Shown here one piece after another: positions 26,337 through 37,073 of a stretch of DNA of 64,000 nucleotides (position 1 is its first letter; every line of letters starts with the position of its first letter). The position numbers were made by a program, and so were the translations under genes. This stretch comes from an uncultured Candidatus Saccharibacteria bacterium (GTDB lineage: Bacteria; Patescibacteriota; UBA1384; DTJR01): assembly GCA_964540855.1 (NCBI GenBank), contig CAZIOI010000001.1:7081-71080 (forward strand), in the 5' to 3' direction. A model generated the notes under the pieces. It ran no database searches, was not told the origin of the DNA, and worked only from the letters and a program-made list of their open reading frames with translations.

Positions 26337-28169
26337 CTACTGTGCCGGCGTTGTTTGTTGATCGGTCACTTGCGGACCACGAAGATACTTAGCCGGCCAT
26401 GCTACATATGAAGACAAGAACTTCTGTTCATTGGTTTTCCCATCCTTTGTAACCCTGTAGTAGAAAACAGCTTTTGCGCCTGCATGCGCCCTATCTATTC
26501 GCTTAACCTCGCCTGCGGCGAGACCCGGATCATCAATGTATATATCGGCCGGCGGCTCGGTAATGTCATACACATACGGGTCAGTAATTTCGACTGACCG
26601 ACCATCCTTTGTGCCATAAATATCAAAAGTTATTTTAGTTCCTTCGACCCGGCCCTGGATTAAGATATAGCCGGAATAGTCATTTTTAAATTTAAAATCC
26701 GGTTTTGGCGAATAAATTGTAGCGTCCATCCCAACCGGCGGCTCATAATAACTCACGCGATAAGAGTGATTGTGTCTTTCGGTAACTTCCATGCCGGCGT
26801 TCATCACCGATCTAAAAAGCGTAGTTGAGACCTGACACAGGCCGCCACCAAATTCGGGAATTGTTTGGTTATCCTTGATGACCAATTCTTGCAAATATCC
26901 GCTACTGCCGTCTATTGCGCCCAGATGAGAAATGGTAGAAAATTCTTCGTCCGGTTTGACCAAAGTGCCGGAAATAAATCCTACCCCGGTTTTGATATTT
27001 TGAATACGGTTAGAAGGGCTACCGGAAAAACTTGTCGTCGCCGTACCAATAAGCTCCTTAATAGCATATTTTTCAATATCCGAGACATCATCCGCCGAGA
27101 TAGTCGCCTTCTTGACCTCTGTCGGCAACTCAATTTTTTTTTGCTCTCCCGCCTCGAGCGCTGCAACAATTTGTTTTACGGCATCATCGGTTTTTACAAC
27201 TTTTCCATCCGAAGAAGCCTGCAAAATCGAGACTTTACCGTCCGTTATAGTAAATTTCGCGTCTACCGCATCAATATTAACGCGGTCAGCTTCGTCATCT
27301 AAAACTTCCCTGATTTCATCTTCATTAAACGAAACGTACGCCTCGGAATACTCGCTCTTGGTTCCAAAAAGACCTTTTTTAGATTGAACCGTTTTTTTAA
27401 GCTTTATCATCAGCCCAAGCTCCGATGGTGACAGTTTAATTTCACCCTCAGGGGCAACAAGTGTAACCCCTTCGGATGTCAATTCTTTTGCTCTGTCTGA
27501 AAGCGCCTCGGCTTCGCTATGAGATATAATCGCATTATCATCCGTCAGTTCCAGCGTGATCGCGTCTTTATTTTTTAGAGCAAAAGTATCCTCAATTACA
27601 CTTGTGAGCTTTTCGAGATCAATTGTCTTGCCTGCTTCAGGTTCTATAACTTGTAATGCTCCATTTTTGATCTGAAGATTTGCCTCCTTTTTCGGCGTGC
27701 CTATCTCGCCATTTATTGAGCTGACCCAATCCTCAATCTTTTTTTCATCAAATTCATATTTGAGAGCAAAATTCTGCCGCGAAAATATGCGACGAACGAG
27801 CGGCCAGATATTTTTATACCACCTGCCTTGATGCCCAACGGCAAAAACTTCGTCTGCTTGATCTCCATGTGCTTTCCAGCTGGCTGATTCTAGCGTCATA
27901 TCCCAAGTCTTGTCTTCAAATTTGAGTATGATTTTATTTTGTTTGTTTGTCTCGAAAATCTGAGCTAGGCTGGATGACAAATCCTGTTTTGACAAACCGG
28001 AAATATCCTGCGAAACAATAAACGATTTCGGTAAAACCTTTTGATCAAACTCAATATAATATGCAATGAATGCCGCGACCAAAACAACAAAAGCCAACAA
28101 AAAAACGATCAGAGCGTTCTTCGCATTTGCCCTAATTTTTTTTAGTAAATTCCTTTTAGTCATCCTCAC
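26337..28169 (-). CDS. VanW-family protein (TM anchor + peptidoglycan-binding-like repeats + C-terminal VanW domain)
   Basis: N-terminal TM segment. The C-terminal region GGGLCQVSTTLFRSVMNAGMEVTERHNHSYRVSYYEPPVGMDATIY matches the VanW/YoaR-type domain. Confidence 0.75.
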   Translation of the reverse strand: MRMTKRNLLKKIRANAKNALIVFLLAFVVLVAAFIAYYIEFDQKVLPKSFIVSQDISGLSKQDLSSSLAQIFETNKQNKIILKFEDKTWDMTLESASWKAHGDQADEVFAVGHQGRWYKNIWPLVRRIFSRQNFALKYEFDEKKIEDWVSSINGEIGTPKKEANLQIKNGALQVIEPEAGKTIDLEKLTSVIEDTFALKNKDAITLELTDDNAIISHSEAEALSDRAKELTSEGVTLVAPEGEIKLSPSELGLMIKLKKTVQSKKGLFGTKSEYSEAYVSFNEDEIREVLDDEADRVNIDAVDAKFTITDGKVSILQASSDGKVVKTDDAVKQIVAALEAGEQKKIELPTEVKKATISADDVSDIEKYAIKELIGTATTSFSGSPSNRIQNIKTGVGFISGTLVKPDEEFSTISHLGAIDGSSGYLQELVIKDNQTIPEFGGGLCQVSTTLFRSVMNAGMEVTERHNHSYRVSYYEPPVGMDATIYSPKPDFKFKNDYSGYILIQGRVEGTKITFDIYGTKDGRSVEITDPYVYDITEPPADIYIDDPGLAAGEVKRIDRAHAGAKAVFYYRVTKDGKTNEQKFLSSYVAWPAKYLRGPQVTDQQTTPAQ

Positions 28170-28408
28170 TTTTCTAATATCTCTTCCAGGACAGCTTGTG
28201 CTACATCTTCCTTATTTTTTTGTAATTCGCTTTCTGAAAGCAGGTTGAGATAAACAATATCACCCTTATTTATATCGGAAGGCAGAAATTTCGGATGAAT
28301 CGATATTTGTTGATCATCCGGCAAAGCCAATACAGCTTGAGTTGACGATATTCCGGACACCTTGAGCCTAAGCGGTTTCTCGCTTGTTAAAAGCGAAGGA
28401 TTTATCAT
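28166..28408 (-). CDS. Small hypothetical protein (80 aa)
   Basis: Overlaps the downstream gene by 4 nt. The acidic C-terminus and beta-rich N-terminus give no confident family. Confidence 0.4.
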   Translation of the reverse strand: MINPSLLTSEKPLRLKVSGISSTQAVLALPDDQQISIHPKFLPSDINKGDIVYLNLLSESELQKNKEDVAQAVLEEILEK

Positions 28409-28435
28409 TTGTCCTACTTAGAATAATACTTGTAA

Positions 28436-30439
28436 CTAGACAATAAATGAAATTATCAAAAGAGCGATGATATTCAATATTTTGATCATGGGATTAATTG
28501 CCGGACCTGCTGTGTCTTTGTATGGGTCGCCGACAGTGTCGCCTGTTACCGCTGCCTTATGGGCATCGCTTCCCTTGCCGCCGAAATTTCCTAGTTCAAT
28601 ATATTTCTTGGCGTTATCCCAAGCGGCGCCACCGGATGTCATAGAAATCGCTACAAAAAGCCCTGTCACAATCGATCCGACCAAAACACCGCCCAAGGCT
28701 ACGGGTCCAAGAGTAAATCCGACTAAAACCGGTACGAGAACCGGCAAAAGTGCCGGAAAGATCATTTGTGTTATGGCCGCCCTGGTCACAATATCCACGG
28801 CGGACGAATAATCGGGCTTTGCCTTCCCCTCCATAATACCGGGGATCGACTTGAACTGTCTGCGGACTTCCTCAACAACGGATCCCGCAGTTTTTCCAAC
28901 TGATTCCATCGACAGCGCACCAAACCAATATGGCAAAAGACCGCCAATAAACAGACCGACTAGTACTTTCGGATCAGAGAGTGAAAATTGGATTTGTCCG
29001 CCAAGTCTTTCGATTTCTTGGGTGTACGAAGCAAATAAAACGATTGCGGCCAGTCCTGCTGAAGCAATAGCGTAACCCTTAGTCACCGCTTTGGTAGTGT
29101 TTCCAACAGCATCCAAGGGGTCAGTGACATTGCGAACTTTTTCCGGCAAGTTTGCCATTTCGGCAATTCCGCCAGCATTATCCGTGATTGGTCCATAAGC
29201 ATCTATCGCAACAATAATTCCGGTCATTGAAAGCATCGCAAACGCCGCAACGGCGACTCCATATAATCCGGCAAGTTCATACGAACCTAGCGTTCCGGCA
29301 GCAATTATCAAAACCGGCCAAACAGTAGCTTTCATCGATACCGCCAAACCCGTGATGATATTTGTTCCATGTCCGGTCGTAGATGCCTGAGCAATCTGTC
29401 TCACCGGACCGTAAGCGGTCGAAGTGAAATATTCGGTGATCAAAATCATCGCGCCGGTTACGACCAAGCCGATTAAGCCACTATAAAATAGCTTCATAGG
29501 TTCATAGTCTGCCATGATCCAATTTGTCGCGAAATAGAACCCAACAGCGGCAATGAGACCGGAGGCAATGAGTCCTTTGTACAGAGCCGCCATAATCTTC
29601 TCACCGCTAAGACGTACAAACAATGAGCCCAGAAGGGACGCTATAATAGATATTCCACCCAAAACTAGGGGGAAAATGATGGCGTTAATATTGCCACCAA
29701 AAACCAATTTACCCAAAAGCATGGTCGCAATCGCCGTCACGGCATAGGTCTCAAACAAGTCCGCCGCCATACCGGCGCAGTCACCAACGTTATCACCGAC
29801 ATTATCGGCGATAACGGCCGGATTCCTTGGGTCGTCTTCGGGAATTGAAGCTTCGACTTTGCCAACCAAATCTGCTCCCACGTCAGCCGCTTTGGTGAAT
29901 ATTCCACCGCCCAAGCGCGCAAAAACCGAGATCAGAGATCCGCCAAAACCCAGTCCGATCAGCGCATCAATCTCGTACCCCATCGCTTTTGATACAGCAT
30001 AAAAACCCGCTACACCAATCAGGCCGAGACCAACAACCAAGAAGCCTGTGACAGCACCACCTTTAAACGCCAGATCAAGAGCGCTCTTGAGACCACTCTT
30101 AGCTGCTTCGGCAACTCTAACATTCGCTCTAACAGAAATTGTCATACCTATGAAACCGGCGAGTGCCGACAAAATAGCGCCAACAATAAAACCGGCGGCC
30201 GTAATCCAGTTTATAAAGAATCCAAGAATTAACGCAACTGCAACAGCCACAATCGCAATCGTTTGGTATTGTCTTTTTAAATATGCGTTTGCGCCTTGTT
30301 GGATAGCATCTGCAATCTCCTGCATTTTTTTATTACCGGCAGGTTTCGCGAGTATCCACCTGACCAAAAGCAACCCCCAAACTATTGCCAAAACCGATGA
30401 TCCGATTGCAAAATAAACACCGATGCTTTCAATCCCCAT
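28436..30439 (-). CDS. hppA: Membrane-bound H+(or Na+)-translocating pyrophosphatase
   Basis: 667 aa and polytopic. [37 protein letters not shown] and [12 protein letters not shown] motifs are diagnostic of H+-PPase. Confidence 0.95.
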   Translation of the reverse strand: MGIESIGVYFAIGSSVLAIVWGLLLVRWILAKPAGNKKMQEIADAIQQGANAYLKRQYQTIAIVAVAVALILGFFINWITAAGFIVGAILSALAGFIGMTISVRANVRVAEAAKSGLKSALDLAFKGGAVTGFLVVGLGLIGVAGFYAVSKAMGYEIDALIGLGFGGSLISVFARLGGGIFTKAADVGADLVGKVEASIPEDDPRNPAVIADNVGDNVGDCAGMAADLFETYAVTAIATMLLGKLVFGGNINAIIFPLVLGGISIIASLLGSLFVRLSGEKIMAALYKGLIASGLIAAVGFYFATNWIMADYEPMKLFYSGLIGLVVTGAMILITEYFTSTAYGPVRQIAQASTTGHGTNIITGLAVSMKATVWPVLIIAAGTLGSYELAGLYGVAVAAFAMLSMTGIIVAIDAYGPITDNAGGIAEMANLPEKVRNVTDPLDAVGNTTKAVTKGYAIASAGLAAIVLFASYTQEIERLGGQIQFSLSDPKVLVGLFIGGLLPYWFGALSMESVGKTAGSVVEEVRRQFKSIPGIMEGKAKPDYSSAVDIVTRAAITQMIFPALLPVLVPVLVGFTLGPVALGGVLVGSIVTGLFVAISMTSGGAAWDNAKKYIELGNFGGKGSDAHKAAVTGDTVGDPYKDTAGPAINPMIKILNIIALLIISFIV

Positions 30440-30511
30440 AAAACCTCCAAAAAATTATAAAGTGATTTGATATTTTGACAGTTTACGCCAAAAGACGAAC
30501 TGCCAAATTAC

Positions 30512-31678
30512 TTATTTATACAGAATTTCCCTGTAAACTTCAAGGGTCTTTTTTGCCGTTTGCTCCCACGTAAACCTTTTTGCGTTCTTCAAACCGTTAT
30601 CGGAAATTTTTTTACTCACATTCGCATCCGACAAGATAAGGGCTAACTTCTCACTCATGTCATGTGAATCTTCGGGATTAAAATAAACCGCACCATCGGC
30701 ATATATCTCCGGCATGCACGTTCGGTCACTTGAAGCGACCGGCGTGCCGCAAGCCTGTGCTTCCAGCCCGGGAAGCCCAAAACCCTCCGAAAGCGACGGA
30801 AAGCAAAAAACACCGGCTCCGGAATAAATTGCCGGTAAATCGTCATCGGAAACAAAGTCTGTAAACCTGACGCTTTTGGTCAGGTTTCTCTCTTTTATTA
30901 GATCGGGAAGCTGGGGATACTTGGGATCTTCGCGACCAACAAAAACCAGCTTGAGATCGGAAAATATTTTTTGTTTTTTTAAGATTTCAAAAGCTTCAAC
31001 CAACCTGGGCAAATTTTTATGCGATCGCCACTGACCAACAGACAAAATATAAGGTGAACTTATCTTATATTTTCTAAGTGCCGCTTCGATAGTGGCTTTT
31101 TGCGAACGGCTAAACCTCTCGTCGATTGCATTGTAAGTTGTAACTACCTTATCGGGGCGCAAATGAAATTCGTCTATGATTTCTTCTTTGACATAATCCG
31201 AGACTGTAAAAACCTTTTGCGATGAAACGGCGGCATGGTTAATAACATGCTTATAAATCTGTCTTTTAATAATCGATCTCCTTTCAGCGTATTGACCCAG
31301 AGTCAGATCGTGGATTGTTACCACAAATTTGCCACCATAAAACACAGGATGATTAAAATGAGGAAAGTGAACAAGATCCGGCGCGGCCTCTTTTATTTGT
31401 TTTAAAAGAACTGTTTGTTCTTTGAGACTATAATGCGAAGCGGTTGTCCTAACAATTTCCACTCCCCCCGGACGCTTCTCGATAGCAGAGAGAAAGTCTT
31501 CATCTAGCGGAGCGCCGTCAACGACTAGCAAGGCCAAGTCAAGTTCTTTATCTAGTTGGCATATCGATTTAAAAAGCTCGCACGAGTAACGACCAATCCC
31601 CGCATGTGACAGCGACAAGAAGCGACCATAAAACAAAACTTTTTTTCGTTTCAAACTATCTCCTTCGCAATTAATCAA
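30512..31678 (-). CDS. Glycosyltransferase family 4 (GT-B, group 1)
   Basis: C-terminal EGFGLPGLEAQACGTPV motif (E-x7-E region of GT4). Confidence 0.85.
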   Translation of the reverse strand: MINCEGDSLKRKKVLFYGRFLSLSHAGIGRYSCELFKSICQLDKELDLALLVVDGAPLDEDFLSAIEKRPGGVEIVRTTASHYSLKEQTVLLKQIKEAAPDLVHFPHFNHPVFYGGKFVVTIHDLTLGQYAERRSIIKRQIYKHVINHAAVSSQKVFTVSDYVKEEIIDEFHLRPDKVVTTYNAIDERFSRSQKATIEAALRKYKISSPYILSVGQWRSHKNLPRLVEAFEILKKQKIFSDLKLVFVGREDPKYPQLPDLIKERNLTKSVRFTDFVSDDDLPAIYSGAGVFCFPSLSEGFGLPGLEAQACGTPVASSDRTCMPEIYADGAVYFNPEDSHDMSEKLALILSDANVSKKISDNGLKNAKRFTWEQTAKKTLEVYREILYK

Positions 31679-33123
31679 TCTTTTAAAAGACTTTTTAACG
31701 TGCTCTTATCTATGACCTTGAGACAATACAGTCCCAAGATAAACATTATTATCCCAAATGGTATTGTCATAAAGATGCTAAATGATTTTGCAAAATAAAG
31801 CACAAAACTAACTATAATGGCAACTGAAAGGCCTTTAAAAAAGCTCACAAAATTGAGTTTGACTGGTAACTCTTTCCTCATAATCATATAACAAGCCACC
31901 AGAATTATTATTTCTGTCACGACTGTGTTCAAAGCTGCTGCAAGATAAGAAAATTTAGGAATCAAAATAAAATTCGCAGAAAGATTAAAGATTGTAGCAA
32001 GACAATATGGGAGAATTAAATTTTTCTGACGGCCGAAAATGACTACGGAGTTGGTAAAAAGAGCGTTTAAAAAAGAAAGACCCACAGCAAAAATCAAAAT
32101 TTGCAAAACAACATCGGCTGAAATTGCCGTTCCGGCAAAGTTTATCGTTGACGCGTTGAGATACTCATCGCCCGCAATGATATTCGTGATTGGTTTGGCT
32201 AAGGCTAGGGTTATCGAGACAACCGCAAAAGCGCCAATCGACAATAGATCAAAAGATTTTTGGAAAAGAGTTGTTATTTTCGAGTTGTCTTTTTGCTCAA
32301 AAGCAGATGTTAAAGCCGGAAAGACCGAACCAAAAAACATAAGCGGCGTTGCCATCAAAATTTCTAATATTTTATACGGCGTGCCATATATTCCAACATC
32401 TGTACTCGTTTTAAAAACGGATAGAATCAATGTGTCGGTCTTAAAATATATCAGCCCCAAGATGCTTATTATGCCTATCGGTAGAGCCTCTATCATAAAT
32501 TTTTTCGCAAATTGCCAGTCGAGACCAAATCTTGGTTTGACAAATTTTAGGCTGAAAATAAAACTGATCAGAAAATTCAAGAATGTTCCGAATATCGAGG
32601 CCGCCATGACATAAACAAGACCCAAATTCATCTTCACAGCCAGTATGATAAGACCCATCGCTACAATTCTGGCGGCAACTTCGCTGATTGAAGCCAAATC
32701 CATCTTTAGTTTAGATTGGAAAAGAGCTGTATAAACACTGGTTTGGCTTGACCAGAGAATTGATAGTGCACCTAGCATTACCACTGTCTTTAGCTGTGGC
32801 GAATATGGTAAGAATGCAAGTAAAATTAGAGATGATACAAAAACAACCGATGAAAATATCAGCCTAATAGACGTAACATTTTTGACAATCGTAGCTTCAT
32901 CTTGACCAGCCGTTATTCTTCTCACGATCACCCAGAAAAAACCAAAGTCCGAGATTGCGGAGAAAAATGTCATAAAAGCAAACGCGGTCGTATAATCGCC
33001 GTATCCTGCGACACCAAGATATCTGACGATAATAGCAACATTAGCCAAACCGATAATCACATTAATGAATTTTCCAACCATTTGGACTGAAAAATTGTAT
33101 GCAACTTTTCGTGTTAGGCTCAT
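31675..33123 (-). CDS. wzx: Oligosaccharide/polysaccharide flippase (MOP superfamily, Wzx-like)
   Basis: 482 aa with ~12-14 TM helices. The N-terminus MSLTRKVAYNFSVQMVGKFINVIIGLANVAIIVRYLG is typical of Wzx/PST-family flippases. Confidence 0.75.
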   Translation of the reverse strand: MSLTRKVAYNFSVQMVGKFINVIIGLANVAIIVRYLGVAGYGDYTTAFAFMTFFSAISDFGFFWVIVRRITAGQDEATIVKNVTSIRLIFSSVVFVSSLILLAFLPYSPQLKTVVMLGALSILWSSQTSVYTALFQSKLKMDLASISEVAARIVAMGLIILAVKMNLGLVYVMAASIFGTFLNFLISFIFSLKFVKPRFGLDWQFAKKFMIEALPIGIISILGLIYFKTDTLILSVFKTSTDVGIYGTPYKILEILMATPLMFFGSVFPALTSAFEQKDNSKITTLFQKSFDLLSIGAFAVVSITLALAKPITNIIAGDEYLNASTINFAGTAISADVVLQILIFAVGLSFLNALFTNSVVIFGRQKNLILPYCLATIFNLSANFILIPKFSYLAAALNTVVTEIIILVACYMIMRKELPVKLNFVSFFKGLSVAIIVSFVLYFAKSFSIFMTIPFGIIMFILGLYCLKVIDKSTLKSLLKD

Positions 33124-33124
33124 A

Positions 33125-33568
33125 TTAGGTTTTAAACGTCCATCTTTTGTTGATAAAAAAATTCCAAAATGTTGCTACGGCCGTTGCGGCAGCAAGACCG
33201 AAGATGTCTCGCCAACCAAATTTTGCGGTCATCGCAAAAAATACCGTCTGATTAATAAGCATACCACCTAGCGAAACCAGTAAAAACTTAGTAGCCTCCC
33301 TCACAATATTCTTGTTTGACGATCTAAATGTCCATTTTCGGTTCAAGATATAGCCGGAGCTTGCTGAAACAATAAAGGATAGCGCCTTTGCAACTTGGCG
33401 AATCGTTTGGATATCCGGCAAACCTAGTTTCCCCAAAAGCAAAAATTTAAAAAGATAGAAAAATAACCAATCTACCAAAGTATTAAATGACCCGACAATT
33501 GCAAATTTAACAAACTGTCGGTGAGCTTTATTTTTAGGGACTAAGCTAAAGATAGTTTTTTTTTCCAC
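33125..33568 (-). CDS. GtrA-family membrane protein
   Basis: 147 aa with 4 TM segments. FVKFAIVGSFNTLVDWLFFYLF matches the GtrA signature. Confidence 0.75.
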   Translation of the reverse strand: MEKKTIFSLVPKNKAHRQFVKFAIVGSFNTLVDWLFFYLFKFLLLGKLGLPDIQTIRQVAKALSFIVSASSGYILNRKWTFRSSNKNIVREATKFLLVSLGGMLINQTVFFAMTAKFGWRDIFGLAAATAVATFWNFFINKRWTFKT

Positions 33569-33683
33569 AAAATCACTCCTAGAGATATTGAAATATTTCT
33601 AAATTGCTGGGATAAAAAATTAGTCAGATACCCACATCAAAAAAATACATTTAATCCGCGACAGTGTAAAGGGACGCAACAAT

Positions 33684-35096
33684 ATGCAAGCTACAAACAA
33701 AAAAATTAAATCCAGTGATGCCTCGAAGCTCTTTTGGCAAGCTTTGACGACCTTTGTTAGCACATACTGGCCACATCTGCTGGTCTTCGGAATGATCTTG
33801 GTCTCCGCATTCCTGAGGTTTTACGGCCTAAGAGAAAATTTGCATTTTAACATTGATGAGACCCACCATCTAGAAACCATCACCAGCATTTACAAAAATA
33901 ATGTTTTTGTACTGAAGGGACCACCGGCCTCCGGTGGAACCGATCTTTATCACGGCGCTTATTATTACTACCTATATCTTTTGCCTACATGGCTCTCAGA
34001 CGGCAACCCCCTAGCTCTGGGCGTCTTTACATTATTGCTCAACACTCTTTCTTTGCCACTTTTGTTTATCGCAACAAAAAAGAGCTTCAACATACAAATA
34101 GCTCTTTGGACAACACTTTTTGCCGCCACCTCCTCAACCGTTATATATTACAGTCGTTGGGCATGGAATCCCAATCTGGTGCCATTTTTCTTTATACTGG
34201 CATTTTTTGCCCTGGCGCGTTTTGAAGCAAGAAGACCTTGGTGGTTGGCGCTTTTTGCTTTCTCGCTTTCCAGTATCTCCCAACTACACATTGGCGCCAT
34301 CTACTATATGCCCATATTTTTCTTGATGACTCCTTTGTTTTGGCGCGTCACAAAAAATATAAAAGTCTGGTGCGGATCAATCCTCGCTCTGATTATTCCT
34401 TGGTTACCGACTATTATCTACGAAGCAAGCCACGGCTGGTCCTTACCGCGTAGTTTTCTCAGGGCAGTAGGAATTACTCAATCTACGTCAGTAACATTTT
34501 TGATTCATGTCACCAATGGGTGGAAATTTTTCTCTCAACTATACTCGGCAATAATTCACTTGCCACAAATAATTTTAGTTATAAGCCTTCTGGCGTTGTT
34601 AGGCTATTTGATATTCAACGTTAAGTGGCGCAACAAACAAAAAAGGCTCATACCGATTTTTATTACAGTCAGTTTAATATTCTCCTTTTGCTCATGCGCG
34701 TATTATAATGGGACACTTTTCACACACTATGCGGAAGAATTTTTCATAATAATGCCACTGATTACGGCCCTCTTAATAACTACTTTAATGAAACAGAAAA
34801 TTTTTTATTTTGGCTCATTGACCATTGCGGTCGCCTTTACAATCGCAAATTGGTTCTATTTAAAAAAAGATATCATTGCCGGCGAACATATGTACGGTGC
34901 AACACACGAAATATGCCAAACTATACAAAGTAAAAAGTTGAATAATGTCAGCATTGTGCTTGACGGACAAAATAATCCCGAGCACACAAAATATATTTGT
35001 CAAAAATATTATTCTATCAGTTTTGGTGGCGACAATGAGATAGTAGCCAGTACAGACAAAAACGGTGGTATTGCCTACAATATCTCGGACGAATAA
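33684..35096 (+). CDS. GT-C fold glycosyltransferase (PMT/ArnT-like, dolichyl/polyprenyl-phosphate-sugar dependent)
   Basis: 470 aa and multi-TM, with an early extracytoplasmic loop holding a DE-type motif (HFNIDETHH). The overall ArnT/PMT_2-like architecture. Confidence 0.6.
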   Translation: MQATNKKIKSSDASKLFWQALTTFVSTYWPHLLVFGMILVSAFLRFYGLRENLHFNIDETHHLETITSIYKNNVFVLKGPPASGGTDLYHGAYYYYLYLLPTWLSDGNPLALGVFTLLLNTLSLPLLFIATKKSFNIQIALWTTLFAATSSTVIYYSRWAWNPNLVPFFFILAFFALARFEARRPWWLALFAFSLSSISQLHIGAIYYMPIFFLMTPLFWRVTKNIKVWCGSILALIIPWLPTIIYEASHGWSLPRSFLRAVGITQSTSVTFLIHVTNGWKFFSQLYSAIIHLPQIILVISLLALLGYLIFNVKWRNKQKRLIPIFITVSLIFSFCSCAYYNGTLFTHYAEEFFIIMPLITALLITTLMKQKIFYFGSLTIAVAFTIANWFYLKKDIIAGEHMYGATHEICQTIQSKKLNNVSIVLDGQNNPEHTKYICQKYYSISFGGDNEIVASTDKNGGIAYNISDE

Positions 35097-35840
35097 CTAT
35101 CTTTTACTGTGTCCACCTTGGCGAGATCTTCTATTTAAGGCTATCTTAAATATGACACTGATTGAACGAAATAACTCCCCGGAAATTTTCGATTCTCCGG
35201 CAACTCTGTCTATAAAAACGATGGGGATCTCCTTGAATACAAAACCCGCGTCCTGTGCAAGCAAAAGCATCTCAACTTGGAAAGCATATCCGGAAGAAAT
35301 AACCTTATTGAAATTTACCTGCTTTAAAAAATCCGCAGGGTAGCATTTATATCCGGCTGTCGCATCCTTTGCCTTTATAGACAATATGGATCTCACCGCC
35401 CAATTGGCACAATAGCTATTAAGATACCTGTTAAATGCCCAGCCTTCGATTCTTCCACCCTTAACGTATCTGGAGCCTATAGCCACTGTTTTGCGGTCAC
35501 ACGCTTCAATTAAGGCATCAAGCTTTTCAATAGGATGCGAAAAATCCGCATCCATTGAGATAATTTTTTCGTACCCATGTTCCAGCGCCCATTTAAAACC
35601 GGCCATATAGGCAGCACCAAGCCCCTCCTTCTCCTTCCGATGCATCGTAAAAACCCAATCATTTTTTTTTGAAAAACTTTCTGCAATTTCTCCGGTACCG
35701 TCCGGCGAATCATCATCAACAACAAGAACGTCGGCATTAATGGTGAGTTCGCCGATTCTATTTAATAATTTTGCGATGTTATCTTTTTCGTTGTATGTGG
35801 GGACAACTATAAGGCATTTACTCATACGCAAAACATACAA
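35097..35840 (-). CDS. GT2 polyprenol-phosphate glycosyltransferase (DPM1/GtrB-like)
   Basis: VVPTYNEKDNI, VVDDDSPDGT and SMDADFSHP motifs (GT-A DxD family). Confidence 0.85.
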   Translation of the reverse strand: MYVLRMSKCLIVVPTYNEKDNIAKLLNRIGELTINADVLVVDDDSPDGTGEIAESFSKKNDWVFTMHRKEKEGLGAAYMAGFKWALEHGYEKIISMDADFSHPIEKLDALIEACDRKTVAIGSRYVKGGRIEGWAFNRYLNSYCANWAVRSILSIKAKDATAGYKCYPADFLKQVNFNKVISSGYAFQVEMLLLAQDAGFVFKEIPIVFIDRVAGESKISGELFRSISVIFKIALNRRSRQGGHSKR

Positions 35841-35975
35841 TAACAGACTATATTTGTAAATCTCCTGTATCCGTTGAATGCGTCAGATGACTTATTTTTA
35901 ATTTAAAAATTGAATAAATAGGATATAATTTTCTGAAGATCATTTTTAGCTTAGCGGATAATGGATTAAAAACTA

Positions 35976-37073
35976 ATGAATAAAATAAAACTGTTGTTTT
36001 GCTTGGCTTTGGCTTTTTGTATTGTAGCGGGGGCTGTGATCTATAAGAATTACTTGCAAAAACCAAATGCAGTAAACCGCGAATTTGTATGGGGCATCAG
36101 CGCACCAGTTTATCAGCCGAACGGCTATTCCGACCAGACAGCCGAAAAAGAGCTGCGGTTGCTGGATGAATTAGGTGTGAGCGCCGTGAGAGTTTTTCTC
36201 GAAAGATCGGTAAGGCTTAACCCCCTAACCTTTTCATTTGACGAAGTCGCAAACGACGGGTTTATCAAAAAGCTCAATCAGCACAACAAGGATGTACTAC
36301 TCATACTAGACGGTGATATTATTAATTCTATTGATATACCTAATTTTGACTACGAGTCCGCCGGATACAAACTCGGCTCCTACGCTGCAAAAAGATACAA
36401 AGGACAGGTGAAATATTATCAGCTTGCTAATGAATTAACCGGAACAATAGTAAAGCCCTCCGACCCAAATTTTAACGGGGCGACCTTTGACGGCGGATAT
36501 GGTTTGAAATATTCGATCGATCGATACAAAGCCACGTTAGGCTGGACAAAAGGAATTGCCAAAGGCATAAAGGACGGCGATCCGGATGCAAAAACCGTAG
36601 TGACGGGACACTGGATTTTGTACGATATAATTACAAAAGTAATGAAAGATGGTCTGGATTTTGATGTCCTAGGGTGGGCATGGTACAGCGCAGATGGCAG
36701 CAACATATCAACTAGAGAGATCGATGGTCGGGAGCCTATTGATTTAGCCAAGAAACTTGAGGAGCTGGGAAAGCCAGTCTGGATAATAGAATCCAATTAC
36801 GATCACGGCAGCTATACCAAGCTCACCAACGACGGCTCGAATGAAAACGAACAAGCTGATTATATTTATAAAACCGCAAAAGATATTTATGACAACGGTC
36901 TTCTTAAGGGGTATTTTGTTTACACTCTATTTGACGATCTTGGCAACAAAGACATTATGAGCCGTTATTGGGGAATATGCGGGTACAAAGTTAATGACGA
37001 CGGAACATACGAACCGGTTAAGAAAGCTGCTTTCGACAAATACAAAGAAGTAATTAACCAAACGAACAACTAG
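35976..37073 (+). CDS. Secreted/anchored TIM-barrel glycoside hydrolase, clan GH-A-like
   Basis: N-terminal signal or anchor. Candidate acid/base QLANELTG (NE) and candidate nucleophile WIIESNYD, spaced as in GH-A (GH5/GH39-like) enzymes. Confidence 0.45.
   Translation: MNKIKLLFCLALAFCIVAGAVIYKNYLQKPNAVNREFVWGISAPVYQPNGYSDQTAEKELRLLDELGVSAVRVFLERSVRLNPLTFSFDEVANDGFIKKLNQHNKDVLLILDGDIINSIDIPNFDYESAGYKLGSYAAKRYKGQVKYYQLANELTGTIVKPSDPNFNGATFDGGYGLKYSIDRYKATLGWTKGIAKGIKDGDPDAKTVVTGHWILYDIITKVMKDGLDFDVLGWAWYSADGSNISTREIDGREPIDLAKKLEELGKPVWIIESNYDHGSYTKLTNDGSNENEQADYIYKTAKDIYDNGLLKGYFVYTLFDDLGNKDIMSRYWGICGYKVNDDGTYEPVKKAAFDKYKEVINQTNN

Noticed and set aside
35848-36066. 72-aa minus ORF upstream of, and overlapping, the GH-like gene start
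   Set aside because: No homology or start context. Overlaps the promoter and 5' end of a better-supported + strand gene.
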